NCBI RefSeq assembly: GCF_006345805.1
Contig: NC_043007.1
Location: forward strand, 27,404,001-27,468,000
Reading direction: 5' to 3'
Length of the DNA stretch: 64,000 nt
From: Octopus sinensis
Lineage: Eukaryota
Below are positions 1 through 14,126 of the stretch, one piece after another; within the stretch, counting starts at the first letter, position 1, and the number at the start of each line of letters is the position of its first letter. The position numbers were made by a program, and so were the translations under genes. The notes beneath the pieces were generated by a model. That model saw only the letters and a program-made list of their open reading frames with translations, made no database searches and was not told the DNA's origin.

Positions 1-332
1 CAACCAGTAATTTTAGACCCAGTCCTCCACTGCATGTATCCAGTTCTATTTCAGCCAACTTCTTTTTCAATGCTTTGACGCTGTTTTCAATATTTCAAAA
101 CTTGACATTCATATTATAATTTTTTTAATTTTAGGATGCAAGCATCAATTAAACTTACGCTATGTAAATGTATAAAAACGATACTAAAGCAATATAAAAT
201 GCATAATTCATTTATAATGAAATCCTTATTCCAACGAAAAAATTGGCAAGAAATACGCTAAGCAATGACAGTGAAAAATTTCCGATTTCAATGGTGGTAC
301 ATGCATATATTTACTTTACATGTGTATATAAA

Positions 333-735
333 TGTATGTATGCATGTATGTATGTATGTATGTATGTATGTATGTATGTATGTATTTATGTATGTATGCA
401 TGTATGTATGTATGCATGTATGTATGTATGCATGCATGTATGTATGTATATATGTATGTATTTATGTATGTATGTATTTAAGTATGTATGTATATACATA
501 TATATATGTCTGTATGTATGTATGTATGTGTGTGTATATATGTATGCATGTATGTATGTATGTATGTATGTATTTATGTATGTATGTATATATATATATA
601 TATATTTGTATGTATGTATGTATGTGTGTGTATGTATGTATGCATGTATGTATGTATGTATTTATGTATGTATGTATATATATATATATGTTTGTATGTA
701 TGTATGTATGTATGTATGTTTATATGAATGTATGC
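333..735. repeat. (TATG)n tetranucleotide microsatellite with TA/TG interruptions
   Basis: Direct reading; accounts for the MYVC/CMYV ORFs at 243-791. Confidence 0.95.
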
Positions 736-911
736 ATCTGTGTGATTCATGTGTGTATGTGAATATTAGGCTGATAAACACTTTTCCCTAGAATAGATAC
801 ACACACACACATATATATATATAACTATATACACGCACAATATATACATTAATTGATAGATGACACGTACAAATATATATTCATATTGACATATATTATT
901 GTGTATATATG

Positions 912-944
<33 letters not shown>

Positions 945-1137
945 ATGTATGTATGTATAGATACACTCGCACATACACATACACTCACAGACATACACAC
1001 ATGCACATACATATATACATACGTACATATGTATATAGCAGCGGAAGGAGTAGGTGTAGGAGTGGTAGTGGTATAATGATCACGAGGAATATGTGAAGTT
1101 TGATCAGGATCAAGGACGGGAAAAAGCAACAGCAGCT

Positions 1138-1263
1138 GTAGTTGTTGTTGTAGTAATAGTAGTAGTAGTAGTAGTAGTAGTATAGTAGTAGTAGTAGTAG
1201 TAGTAGTAGTGGAAGCAGTAGTAACAGCAGCAACAGCGGTAGTTGTAGTAGTAATAGCAGCAA

Positions 1264-1302
<39 letters not shown>

Positions 1303-1406
1303 CGGTAGTAGCAGTAGTAGTAGCAGTAGTAGTAGCAGTAGTAGTAGTAATAGTAGTAGTATCTGCAGCAGTGGTAATTTTTGCAGTAGTACCAGCAGCA
1401 TTTGTT

Positions 1407-1442
<36 letters not shown>

Positions 1443-1457
1443 TAGTAGTAGTAGTAA
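1138..1457. repeat. (TAG)n/(CAG) triplet microsatellite
   Basis: Direct reading; source of the poly-Thr, poly-Leu and poly-Val ORFs. Confidence 0.95.
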
Positions 1458-2067
1458 GAGAAGACGAGAAATAGTGATGACAAAAAATATGTAAGAACAA
1501 TAATGACAGGAAGAGTAGGAGGTTTTTCCATAAAGAAAGTGAAAACGTGCTCAAGTCGCAGACGAGATATATATATATATATTTTTTATATTTTTTTTAT
1601 CTTTGTTTGGCATAGAATTTGATTTTTTTTTTTTTTGGTTTTTCGTACAATTTCGAATATAACTGGAATGAAAGACTTAGACTTACAAACGAACGAGTGA
1701 GAAAATAATAGTTTATTATACGACGCTTTCTGCTATGCCGTTATTGCCATATGTAGGAGAAATTTATATATGAGCAAATATTGTAGTCTTATTTCAAGTG
1801 GAATAAATGCCGTCTCAGACGCTTTCAGTATTATAGTATTATATTTTTGATGTTATATTGGAAATTGTGAACAATAGAGTCGTTGATGTACTGGCTTGGT
1901 TTCCATCAAACCGATCGCTGGTTGACAGCATTTCTGACAGGAGGCCGTCAGTAACGCGACTTATTTCAATGAAGAACACCAGATATTTGACAACGGTAAC
2001 ATCCCTAGTTGTTATATATATACCAGCAAAAGATACAAGTATACAACGTGTGTCTGTTAGTGTATGG

Positions 2068-2156
<89 letters not shown>

Positions 2157-2395
2157 AGCAGCGTACGTACACTTCGGTCTCTTATATGTAAATACATACA
2201 TATATATATATATATATATTTGAGTAGTTGAATGAATTATCTTGTTATGGATAATTCGGTTAACCGATACCTGGGTAGCAAATTCACATCAGAGAAGATA
2301 CGGTTGAAGTTAGGTGCTTTCGTGTGGAAATTTGTATGTTTTTTTTTTAAATATAAATATATGAAAGAATGGAGTTGAACGACGAATTAACAAAA

Positions 2396-2494
2396 TTCCT
2401 TTATTTTCGACATATATTTCGAAGGCTGCATATTCCTAATTGCGAAGGAATAAGGAGTATATTATGCCGCTTTCTCATCAGGAAAAGCAAGGAA
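2396..2494 (-). ncRNA. Type I hammerhead ribozyme, canonical core, long stem II (family C)
   Basis: Minus strand reads TTCCTT-GC-TTTTC CTGATGA GAAAGCGGCATA...TATGCAGCCTTC GAAA TATATGT C / GAAAA-TA-AAGGAA. Stem I is 5 bp plus 6 bp, stem II is 10/12 bp, and the GUC cleavage triplet predicts a cut between 2409 and 2408. Confidence 0.8.
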
Positions 2495-2561
2495 CTTATG
2501 TCACATCAAGATGCACAAAAAACTTTTAGGTGACTGCTCACACGGAGCCATAGCGATAATA

Positions 2562-2645
<84 letters not shown>

Positions 2646-2852
2646 TATATAATATTAATTCGAGACAAAACCACTATTTTGCAAAACAAACAAGGAAAGA
2701 CTTAATCAATACATAAAAATTTTTAATATAAGGAAATAAACCGGCACTAGAATCGTCTCGAATTAATATTATATAATATTTTACTATAAAATTGGATTTA
2801 ATCCTAAATCTGATTTTTTCCCTGTAAATTTGGACTTATTCCCTAATATTTA

Positions 2853-3040
<188 letters not shown>

Positions 3041-3206
3041 GTAAATGTTTTTATCTTCATTTCACTTAATTATATCAAGCTTCTGTATTCCTAGCACATA
3101 TTTCGCCTTAATGTACTGATATATGAAAAATATATGGCTTGTGTTAGTAATACCAGCGATTATAATTATTTTTAGTTTTATCGCAATTTGATTTGTTATA
3201 TATATA

Positions 3207-3237
<31 letters not shown>

Positions 3238-3557
3238 ATAATATATATATTATATATATATACATATATACATATATATATACGAATAAATTTTGTATGA
3301 TTCTCTAATTCTTTCATTCATTCTTTCTTTCTTGCAGCCCCTTCACACTTAGTTCTTTCCACTCTTCTTTCTTTCGCCCCCCTCACTCACATTTCCTGGC
3401 CTTCCCTTCGTTTTCACCTTCCCTCCTCTTTCACTTCACTCTGCCCGTCTTCTTTTTTTTCTCGTCCCTCCCTAATTCTTCTCTCCCTCTTCTTCTACCC
3501 CTCTACTTTCCTTCCATGTGACCGGTGTTCGGCCAAGTCTGGCCTTTCTTTCTTGGT

Positions 3558-4368
<811 letters not shown>

Positions 4369-4382
4369 TATATATGTTATAT

Positions 4383-4492
<110 letters not shown>

Positions 4493-4874
4493 TACAAATA
4501 TAAATTATAGTAAGCAGATAAGCAGATAGATTGTCATTCATGTAGAGATGGTGTGAAAACGAGAAACGTTGGAGTCAATCTACTTTTGAGGAAAGATTGC
4601 AAATATATGGCCGATACAGACGGCATATTTGTTGCTATTATGTTTAGTAAATGGTTCACGAATAATAAAATTCAATTTTGTAGTAGCAGAAAAATGAATT
4701 AAATAATTTAAAAGAGATTAGACGAAAAAGACAAAGTAATGTACACGTGTGAGTGAGTGTGTGTGTGTGTGCATCCGTGTGTATATATGTATGATGTGTG
4801 TGTGAGAGAGAGTGAGAGAGACTGTAGATAGATACCAATATGTTGTGTATATTATGTATGTACATATATATGTA

Positions 4875-4926
<52 letters not shown>

Positions 4927-5475
4927 TATATATTTTCATATATATGTGTGTGTGTGTATGTGTGTGTGCATGTGTGTGTAAATATGTAAATATCTATGCA
5001 GTTATTTGTTTTTTAAATATCTCAGGACTCCATATTGAAACACGACGAATTTCAATAAAAAAAATTACAGGCAAATGTGACATCTTAGAAATATAAAATA
5101 GTGAAATTTTATTGAATATTTAATGATTGTTCATAGAAAAAATACGAGTAATCTACAGTATAACATTTATGATATTGCAAAATTTTTTATTACTCAGCTG
5201 AAAAAAACCGGTTCCCAGCCCAAAACAAGAAACGTTTCACAATATCTCTTTATTCTTGCAATTAGCAGAGCGTAATATTGTTACAGTCATCCATATCCTA
5301 GCTTATGTTTCATAAAACAAACCCCCGTTTTACTAAATATTCCAGCGTTTATATCATGAAAAACCAGAATTCGTGTCAGTCTGTCCTTCTTGTTTACGCT
5401 GTAATGCAACACTTCCTTTCTCAAAGCACAGACATGTGTGTCTTTTTGTATATTTGAAGATATGTGTGTGAGTGT

Positions 5476-5620
5476 GAAGGAGCATAGATTAATGGTTAAG
5501 GTTTTACACTTACGATTGGGAGATTGTGGGTTCGACTCCCAGACCTACATTTGCGTTGTGTTCTTGAGCAAAGCACTTGATAACATGTTGCGCTGCGGTC
5601 ATTTCGACATCTGACAAGTC
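5476..5620 (+). mobile_element. tRNA-derived SINE head, degenerate (family S2)
   Basis: A-box-like AATGGTTAAGG, B box GGTTCGACTCC, then GTTGTGTTCTTGAGCAAAGCACTT as in the copy at 30648-30978. Confidence 0.75.
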
Positions 5621-6704
5621 TGTGTGTGTGCTTGTGTGTGTGTGTGTGTGAGGATTTGTATGTTTTGTGTTATGTATGTCTTCACATGCATATTACTTTC
5701 ATATCTAGACATAGTTATATACTTGAATCACACTTTTAGAAAGTTTTACGGGTTTTTACAGTTCCAGTGATGGATTGAATCTGCAGTCTTCGAATCAGCT
5801 TTCTTCATTCTGGTTTTGAGAAGCCTAATTTCTCTAGATTTGCGTTTAGGCATAGGGAGTACATGTATGTATATTGAGAATGGATTGGATAGCAAAGGGA
5901 AGTATGTGATTAAATATGATATGGTAAGAATTCATATTGATTTTAAACTCAAGATAGACACAATGAAACATAGAAAAGGTGATTACATCGTAAGCTATAC
6001 GAAAAACTTCTAATATAGATCAGATAATTTATCTTCTTGACCACAGAGGCTAAAGAACGGAAAAGATAAGAATGTGAGGGACAGGATATAAAATTGATAT
6101 TTTAAGAGGAAAATATCAAGCTTATTCAATATAAGAAGAGTAGTACATTCTTGAGAAGATATAGTTTCGAAAGTTATATCAAGAAAATACTGAAAATAAC
6201 TTAAACTAAGATAAGATGCAAAACTAATTTCAATACTTAAAAAATATAACCCAACAGAAAGAAAAATAATGCGTGTACGTAGGTATATACTTAGGACACG
6301 TGAATATTCTTCAAATATAACCAAATCGGTGAGAACATATACACAGAATACACATAGAACGACAAGTCATCATTATGCTTTTACAAACATCTAGTTAACC
6401 GACAGTGTATTATAGTGATGTGGCTGAAGTGGTCTTGTAAAGCGAAATCCCATATATATATACACAACATCGGAAATCGTTTTCGCTTAAATCTCAAGTG
6501 TCTCTCACGTATGGTCCCTCATTTCACGTTGATCTAAAGATGTTTTAAGATCAAGTTAATAGCAAACATCCTTAATGGAAATATAGAAAGCTCAGAACAA
6601 GCACTGTTACAGTTCTCAAGTGATCGACACAGTCCACCTTTACCAAATATGTTTCTTTTTCAGAGCTTCTGCTCTTTATTTATACATTCAGCCTCTAGAA
6701 AAGC

Positions 6705-6710
6705 ATATAT

Positions 6711-6745
<35 letters not shown>

Positions 6746-6870
6746 TATAATATATATATATAGATATATATATATATATATATACATATATATATGTATA
6801 TATATATGTATATATATATATTATATATATATATTATGTATATATATATATTATATATATATATATATAC

Positions 6871-6943
<73 letters not shown>

Positions 6944-6984
6944 GTATGTATATATATATAATATAATATATATATACATACATA

Positions 6985-7046
<62 letters not shown>

Positions 7047-7202
7047 CATATATATATATGTATATATATATATATTATACATGCATATATATATGTATAT
7101 ATATATATATATATAATATATATATACATACATATATATATATATATATATAGATATATATATATATAATATATACATACATATATATGTATATGTATAT
7201 AT

Positions 7203-7234
<32 letters not shown>

Positions 7235-7254
7235 CTATATATATATATACATAC

Positions 7255-7325
<71 letters not shown>
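6705..7325. repeat. Long (TA)n/(TACA) microsatellite
   Basis: Direct reading; explains the IY-repeat ORFs. Confidence 0.95.
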
Positions 7326-7328
<3 letters not shown>

Positions 7329-7394
7329 ATGGACTCTCCCGTCGTTAGACGACGTATGAGGGATCGACAATTTGTTACTGAACAACCACACAGA

Positions 7395-7535
7395 TGATTT
7401 GTTTATAGTGATCAAATGTTTGTGTAAAGATAAGCTCACGCCCTCCATCATATCGAGATTACCTGTACAGGTGCAGCGGGTGCCACATGTCAGATTTCGA
7501 AATGATCACAGAGCAGCGTTAATGGAAGTGCTTTG
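7395..7535 (-). mobile_element. SINE body fragment (S2-related)
   Basis: Reverse complement TTGAACAAAGCACTTCC...GATCATTTCGAAATCTGACA matches 5565-5615. Confidence 0.6.
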
Positions 7536-7589
7536 TTCAAGAATACAAAATATATATAAGTCTATATATGTATTTATATCTATGTTTAT

Positions 7590-7624
<35 letters not shown>

Positions 7625-7671
7625 TATATATATATATGCATAAATAAACCTATATATACGTCTATTCCTGC

Positions 7672-7716
<45 letters not shown>

Positions 7717-8209
7717 ATGTGCACACACATACACATATATATATATGTATATATACTTATGCTTGTGGATGTGTGTGATGGATGTGTGTGTGTGTGTTTG
7801 ATGTACAAAGATGTACAAGTTTATGATCACCTAATCACCAGATCTCTAACCTACTATTTATTTAATTTCGACAGCTCAAGTATTTATTCCTCATAATACC
7901 CAATTAACTGCTTTAATTAAGCTATTTAATGAGACCCGAATACTTCTATATATCATCGGTTACAGATACTGTTTCATTTCATCGACTGACATACGTACAC
8001 ATAATTAGCCATCGCCTATATGTGAGAGAGTACGTCTATACACTGACATTATGTCACACGCTTATGCACCCTTATGTATGTATGTGTATATATATATGTG
8101 TGTGTGGAGGTGATATAAATTTCACTGGAGTTGTTAACGTGGGCATATATGCATATCTACACCCGAACACCCCGCATACCTAGTCACACACACACACACA
8201 TACATAGTA

Positions 8210-8286
<77 letters not shown>

Positions 8287-10547
8287 TAAAACGAACGGGA
8301 TTACCCCAAAACATTTAGCAGTTTGCTCTCAGCCATTCAAAATACTTTATTCAACAGTTATATGAGTGTTCATATATATATATATATATATAATATATAA
8401 TACATATACGTACATGCGCGTATGTATGTGTATATACATATGTATATATGTACATGTATACACACAGACACACAACCCGAGGGTGAAAGAGCGTTTATGA
8501 GTAAGTGAACTTGGAAATAATAATTCAAAACAAAATTTCAACCTGCAAATATATATATAAGGCAATACAACCTCCTAATTATATTTTAGTTACTCCGAGT
8601 TGCACACCTTGATTAAATGTAATTAATCTTTTGAATTTTCCACGATTTTCCGTTTGATGCAGTAATTGGAAGCCTTCGTGTGTTGTTGATTAAAAAGTGT
8701 AGTTACACCTGATAATTAAATTGACTTTGCCTTTAAACCCGAAATGAAACATACCTTGAGAGCTATATCGATGTTTACACAGATGGAAAACATAAATCTG
8801 ATCCCTACAAAATTATAGCTTTGTTATTTTCGGAAAATACTGACATTTCGATAAGCACTTATTGAGTAACGTTGCAATAATACGATACGGAACAACTGTC
8901 ACCATCCATTTTCGACATTATCGAATACATCCATGCTCGATTTTTTTCTTTTTCTCGTAAACATACAAATTATGATGCATGTACCGCCAGCATATATCAT
9001 GTTCGTGTGTATATGTTTATATAGTTGTGTGTGCATGTGAGTTTCTTAGTTAATATTATTGTCTCAATATATCTCACTTTGAACAACTTTTCTTCATAGC
9101 CTTTATTATTTTATCTCATTCCCATGAGATACACAATGCATATTATGCATCGTCTATATTCTGCTTTAGAGGTACGGGTATTTTACGCACTGATATAAGC
9201 AATATACGAGATTATTTTATGCTCACGATATCAGTTCGGCTATTCCAGCAACCTCCATTGGGAACATGGTTGCCGTTTATCATATGCATCTATCAATTTC
9301 AGAACGCATTTCTCTTCGTTAGCTACAATACTATGTACCTACAGATATACATATAATCATTCATGCATACATGCAACCTTTTGAAGAATATGAGTAGTTT
9401 ACTTATATGAGCAGTTTACTTACAAATAATTGAAAGATTCGTTGATCTTTGCATAATTAAATCTGTTTCCTACATTTCGGACATTTAAAAAATGTTTAAA
9501 TGTCAATTTAACTGATGTTGGACGTTCCATAAATGAATTGCACTTATGTTAAGATAAAGTAATCATAAAAACAGGCCTCAAAACTCTTGCAAACCAAGTC
9601 ACAATTAATGGGACGAAATTTTTGACTCGAAGTAATAAATACTTAAGTGAGAGTTAACAGATTTTCTGTAAGTTTGGTTAATATGTATCTTCTAACTGTA
9701 ATTGCTGGTCAACGTGTTATAATTGCAATGATGAGACCCTACCGGAACATTTGCGACCCCGTACAGGAATATTAAATATACTACACGGATTAGCAATATA
9801 TAAGAGTAGTCAATTCATTTTTACTGTAATGACCCCTACACTGATGAAAGACAAAGTCAACCTTGGCAGACATTGAAATTAGTGTATAAAGGGCCGCAAT
9901 GGGATACTTTGTAACCATTTGGTTTCGGTTTCATCCCCAGAACGAAGGCGTAAAATGGGATCCGAGTTCTTATATAGAAATTCATTTTTGTGTATGTATT
10001 TTGTGTTGCGGCAAAAAGAGATTTTAGTTACGAGAAAGCAATCATAATTAAGACTCCAGGGTCAGTTTAACACTGATATTTAGCACATCAATCCTTTCGG
10101 TAATTTTCCCATATGTAAAAACCATGAGAGAGTTCCTCGAGCGCAACGGTTTACGATCCGACGTCCGCGAAGGTAAGCACGTTGCTTATATAATATGCGT
10201 ATGTGTGTGTGTGCGTGTGTATTGAGAATACTCCCCGTGATGTGTCGATACTAGAAGTGTCGAAAAAAATTATGATAAATAAAAGTTCTCTTATCTTCCA
10301 TATTCCGTTTTTTGTCTACCATACACACACGCACACATACACACATACATATATATATCTGTATGTATGTATGTATGTATGTATGTATATACGTATGCAT
10401 TTATGTATCTATGTATGTATTTATGTATGTATGTATGTATGTATGTATGCATGTATATATAGTCAAATGGAATTTAAAAATGTAAAATGAACAATACAGG
10501 ACCTGTACATGGGATGTATTAGTTTCGTGCGCAGTAGAGAAAGACGG

Positions 10548-10583
10548 CTTTTGATGTTTCGAGCATTGCTCTTCGTCGGAAGG
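10548..10583 (-). ncRNA. Degenerate hammerhead motif, family B (CCGACGA core)
   Basis: Minus strand CTT CCGACGA A GAGC AAT GCTC GAAAC ATC AAAAG; stem II intact, stem III has G16.2>A, stem I only 2 bp. Confidence 0.5.
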
Positions 10584-10934
10584 GAAAAGTTCATAGACGG
10601 GAAAGAGAAAAGTCCAAGAACAGGAAATGTCCAAAGGGGTGGACAAATCAACAGCATAGCTATGTATATGCGTTTGTGCTTATTACAATGACAAAGAAAT
10701 GAGCGAATCTTCACACTTCTAAGAGCTTCGATATTCATGTGTTTTATATCTTTATTAAATCAATTAATCTAAATGATTATTAGCATCCATAAAGATGCCA
10801 TTCGATAACAGTAACCGAATCAACTTCAAAATACATCTTTGTCTTTTTTTATTGTTTTGTTTGTATTTTCTTCTCATCCTTTTTTACTGACTTGGTCGTT
10901 CATATAATCTTCCACCTTCTACATATCATTGCAC

Positions 10935-11009
<75 letters not shown>

Positions 11010-11010
11010 T

Positions 11011-11045
<35 letters not shown>
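10935..11045. repeat. (TAG)n microsatellite
   Basis: Direct reading. Confidence 0.95.
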
Positions 11046-11429
11046 TATATTTGATATTTGCAGGACGTAATCGTGCACACAGTTCTTAGCTGGGTTACGT
11101 GCGTCGGTTTTTTATTGGTGCTAAATATAGTCTTTGTAAAACGCTTGCTCGATTCAGTAAACGTGCTTTATCTATCTTGAGTTTGTACGCACATCCTGGG
11201 TCTTTGGACATGTATTTTATAGCATGCCTCTTAGTTATTAACATGATGAATATTCGGTATTTGTATTCGATACTATGATATATATATATATCTTTATTTT
11301 TAAAAAAACTATAGCAAGCAAACCTCTAACATGACAAATGCCTTATCAAAAGAAACTAAACAGGCTGGAAATATATAAAGGAATAATGTATATCTTCCTG
11401 GAAGCATAGGGTTCATATCTCTTATTTCT

Positions 11430-11665
11430 CTTTCCAGTGGCCACATACTTGTAACATCCACCGCATCTTCCGCAGTTATTCCACATACTCTGCTTCCTAC
11501 AAGCTTTCGCTATTGCTGGTGGAAAGACTTTTTATCTTGTGTAATAATCAAGTATCTTTCTGCCAGCGCTGCGCTGAGATATTTTAAAGTCTTTTTTCGC
11601 ATTATACATTCCGTCAGGTATTGGCCATGTAAGGGTTTTGTTTTTCTTCTTTAGCTTTAGTTTTT
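11430..11665 (-). pseudogene. Degenerate R4/Dong-like LINE fragment (region upstream of the CCHC finger)
   Basis: Frameshifted translation gives KPLHGQY...IITQD...RVCGITAEDAVDVTS, resembling the LHGQY / AAQDQ / CRxC..ET..H motifs of R4/Dong ORFs. Confidence 0.55.
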
Positions 11666-12310
11666 CGGTTCTTTCGCTTTAGGTTTTTTCTTTGTTTTTT
11701 TATCTCCTATTGTTTCTCACATCTCCTTACCTGCTGTTTCAAGTCCGTTCGTGTTTCTTCAATTCCTTGTAGAGAGAAGAACGTGGGTTTTGTTTTTTTG
11801 TTCTTTTGATTCGTGTATAGTAGAAACATGTTGTACATTTATATTTATCTTTACTAGATAGAAGGTAAACATAGGTTGATGTGACATATTGCTGCTGGAA
11901 AGCTGAAACCACAACATGCATTTGAAAAGAAAGAAAGCGAACTGAAAAAGCTAAGCTGAAAGTAAGAATACGGTATTCCATGCTAGAAAAAAAGAACTAT
12001 GCCAGGAAAACCACTCACGTGAAGAATGCCTCTAAAGTACAATAAACAGGATGGAAATGGAGAAGGAAAAACCAAACGTTTGCTTAGAAACGCCTGATTG
12101 TTGGACTACTATACAGTATAAAAACATTCACAACGAAATCGCCATACATATGTAATAAAATATATAAAAAAACATTTAGTAACTATATGAGACGATAGGG
12201 TGGGGAAACCCGCATTGTTTTTTGTTTACCCCAGCCTTAGAAAACGAAGAATATATCTAAAGATATAACACAGCACTACAAACAAAAGAAACTGTCAGAA
12301 AAAGAATGTA

Positions 12311-12874
12311 TTGGGGTGTCCGGAAAGTTCGTGCCGATTTATAGTAGCTTACATTTCGTCTTATTTTAGAACATGGTTGAATCCATAAAATAGGATTTGA
12401 CTACACCTCCATTTAGAGCACAGTTTAAGCTATCTTTACGTGGAAGAAGGTTTATGTTCCTATAACCTGTGTTAATTCTGTAACCCTTTAAAATGGAAGA
12501 TAAGAAAGTTCATTTTCGGCACTTGATGCTTTGGGAACCAGACAAAAATTGCTGCAGCTCGGCTGAGATGTGTTACCCCACTTTCCATATTCACCAGATA
12601 TTGCTCCTTCGGATTTCCACTTATTCAGGTCTCTGCAGAATAGTCTTATTGGTAAAAATTCAATTCCTTAGATGACGTAAAAAGATACCTTGATGAATTC
12701 TTTGCCATGAAACCACCTCCATTCTGGATGAGGGTATTTTCAAGTTAAAGGAAAGATGGAGACGCATTGTGCAACAAAATGGTTCATATTTGGTTGATTA
12801 AAAATGTAATGGCAAGTATTTATTGACGTGTTTCTTTCCTTTAAAAATCGGCACAAACTTTCCGGACAACCCAT
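12311..12874 (+). mobile_element. Internally deleted mariner (DD34D) transposon with intact 30-bp TIRs and TA target duplication
   Basis: TA|TTGGGGTGTCCGGAAAGTTCGTGCCGATTT ... AAATCGGCACAAACTTTCCGGACAACCCAT|TA. The N-terminus MEDKKVHFRHLMLWE is joined near 12536 to the C-terminal TRQKLLQLG*DVLPHFPYSPDIAPSDFHLFRSLQN. Confidence 0.95.
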
Positions 12875-12986
12875 TATTTAAACTTAGATTTGAAGCGCTA
12901 TCTATAAATAAATAAGTGACTGTATTCTACCATATGGTTAAACATCTTGGTTGGGAGACTAACTCGCCTCCGTTGGATATTGTTGT

Positions 12987-13054
12987 TATGAACCCCTATT
13001 GATTGAAATAAATGGTCCTATATGAACCCCTATTAATTGAAACAAATGGTGCTA
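12987..13054. repeat. 34-bp tandem duplication (2 copies)
   Basis: TATGAACCCCTATTGATTGAAATAAATGGTCCTA followed by TATGAACCCCTATTAATTGAAACAAATGGTGCTA. Confidence 0.9.
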
Positions 13055-13396
13055 AATCGAATCAAGGTTTTCTCTACTCCTCAGTGTAATAAATGAATGA
13101 GAGTGATATATGTAGTCGCTGTTGGAGAAGCATCGCATTAGACTTCATCCAGCACAGCATATTCAGTGCTGTTACGAGGTGTTCACTTACTTGCAACATT
13201 AGGCCTATATTCAGTCGAGAATGCATTTCACCCACCCAGAAAGAATGCCAGAATAAAGACCAATTAAGCGAGATTCCATTCTTACAGATGCGCCAATTTA
13301 TGGTCTTCTCCAATTAGCACCAAAGCTATGATTCGAAAAGTAAATTTCTGCAGGCTTTTATCTAAGTGTAGAATGACTAATATCTATACACTGCAC

Positions 13397-13448
<52 letters not shown>

Positions 13449-13465
13449 TGCACATGTATATACAG

Positions 13466-13580
13466 CGAGGTGGCGTTATTTGAAGGCTAACACAATAAGA
13501 AGCGCATTGTGACCAGCGATGTGTAGCAGCATTTGATGGCCTGGTCGGACACGTGATCACCTGATCACCTGATCACCTGA
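13466..13580 (+). mobile_element. SINE 3' module (same as 31585-31693)
   Basis: GGCGTTATTTGAAGGCTAA...AGCGCATTGTGACC shared with the SINE at 31385-31693. Confidence 0.75.
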
Positions 13581-13594
13581 TATATATATATATG

Positions 13595-13782
13595 TGATAG
13601 ATCGTTAGCCACTACACACATTTTTTCTCTCCTTGTTTCCTTGTTTTTTCTGTGTTCCTTTCTGAAGAAGAGCGTAGGCTCGAAACGTAAAAGACTCTTT
13701 CTATTCCTGAGCATTATACTTATACATCTGTTTGTTTTCTACACCACCAGTCTTCATCTTTTGTTTTTACGGAAACTCTCCC
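13595..13782 (+). mobile_element. Short non-coding hammerhead-bearing repeat (family A), probably derived from a Penelope pseudo-LTR
   Basis: Homologous to 13801-13985 (-), 20871-21075 (-) and 23890-24050 (+); ends at (TA)n. Confidence 0.8.
13658..13693 (+). ncRNA. Minimal type I hammerhead ribozyme with an extra A after A9
   Basis: CTTT CTGAAGA A GAGC GTAG GCTC GAAA CGT A / AAAG. Stem I CTTT/AAAG, stem II GAGC/GCTC, palindromic ACGT stem III, GUA cleavage predicted after 13689. Confidence 0.75.
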
Positions 13783-13800
13783 TATATATATATATATATA

Positions 13801-13985
13801 GTTGAAATTTACAGCAAAAATAAATAAAAAACGAAGGCAGATGTATCAACAACAAACAGGTGTATTAATTTAACGCTCGGAATGAGAAAGTATTTTATAT
13901 TTCGGGCCTACGCTCTTCAACAGAAAGGAACACGAGAAAATAAAAAGAGAGAGGATAAAATACGATTTAGCGGCTAGCGGTCAGT
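13801..13985 (-). mobile_element. Family A repeat, inverted partner of 13595-13782
   Basis: Reverse complement contains CTTT CTGTTGA A GAGC GTAG GCCC GAAA TATA (degenerate hammerhead at 13892-13927). Confidence 0.8.
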
Positions 13986-14126
13986 TATGGCCATACATTC
14001 TTTCCGTCTTGAAACGGATCTGCCAAATCCTCGCCTTCAATTCCAACTGACTATTATATATGGCATCGTGTTTTGTGTACAGATATTTCAAAGAATTGAG
14101 CCAATTTGTCTACAACATTCTTCCTA

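Noticed and set aside
243-1554. Long ORFs (182-211 aa; Thr-, Leu- and MYVC-rich)
   Set aside because: Translations of (TATG)n and (TAG)n microsatellites that are open in several frames; the same applies to all IY-, poly-I, poly-S, poly-H and poly-F ORFs in the window
9841-9880. CTGATGA followed by GAAA
   Set aside because: Part of a degenerate S3 SINE body; no stems
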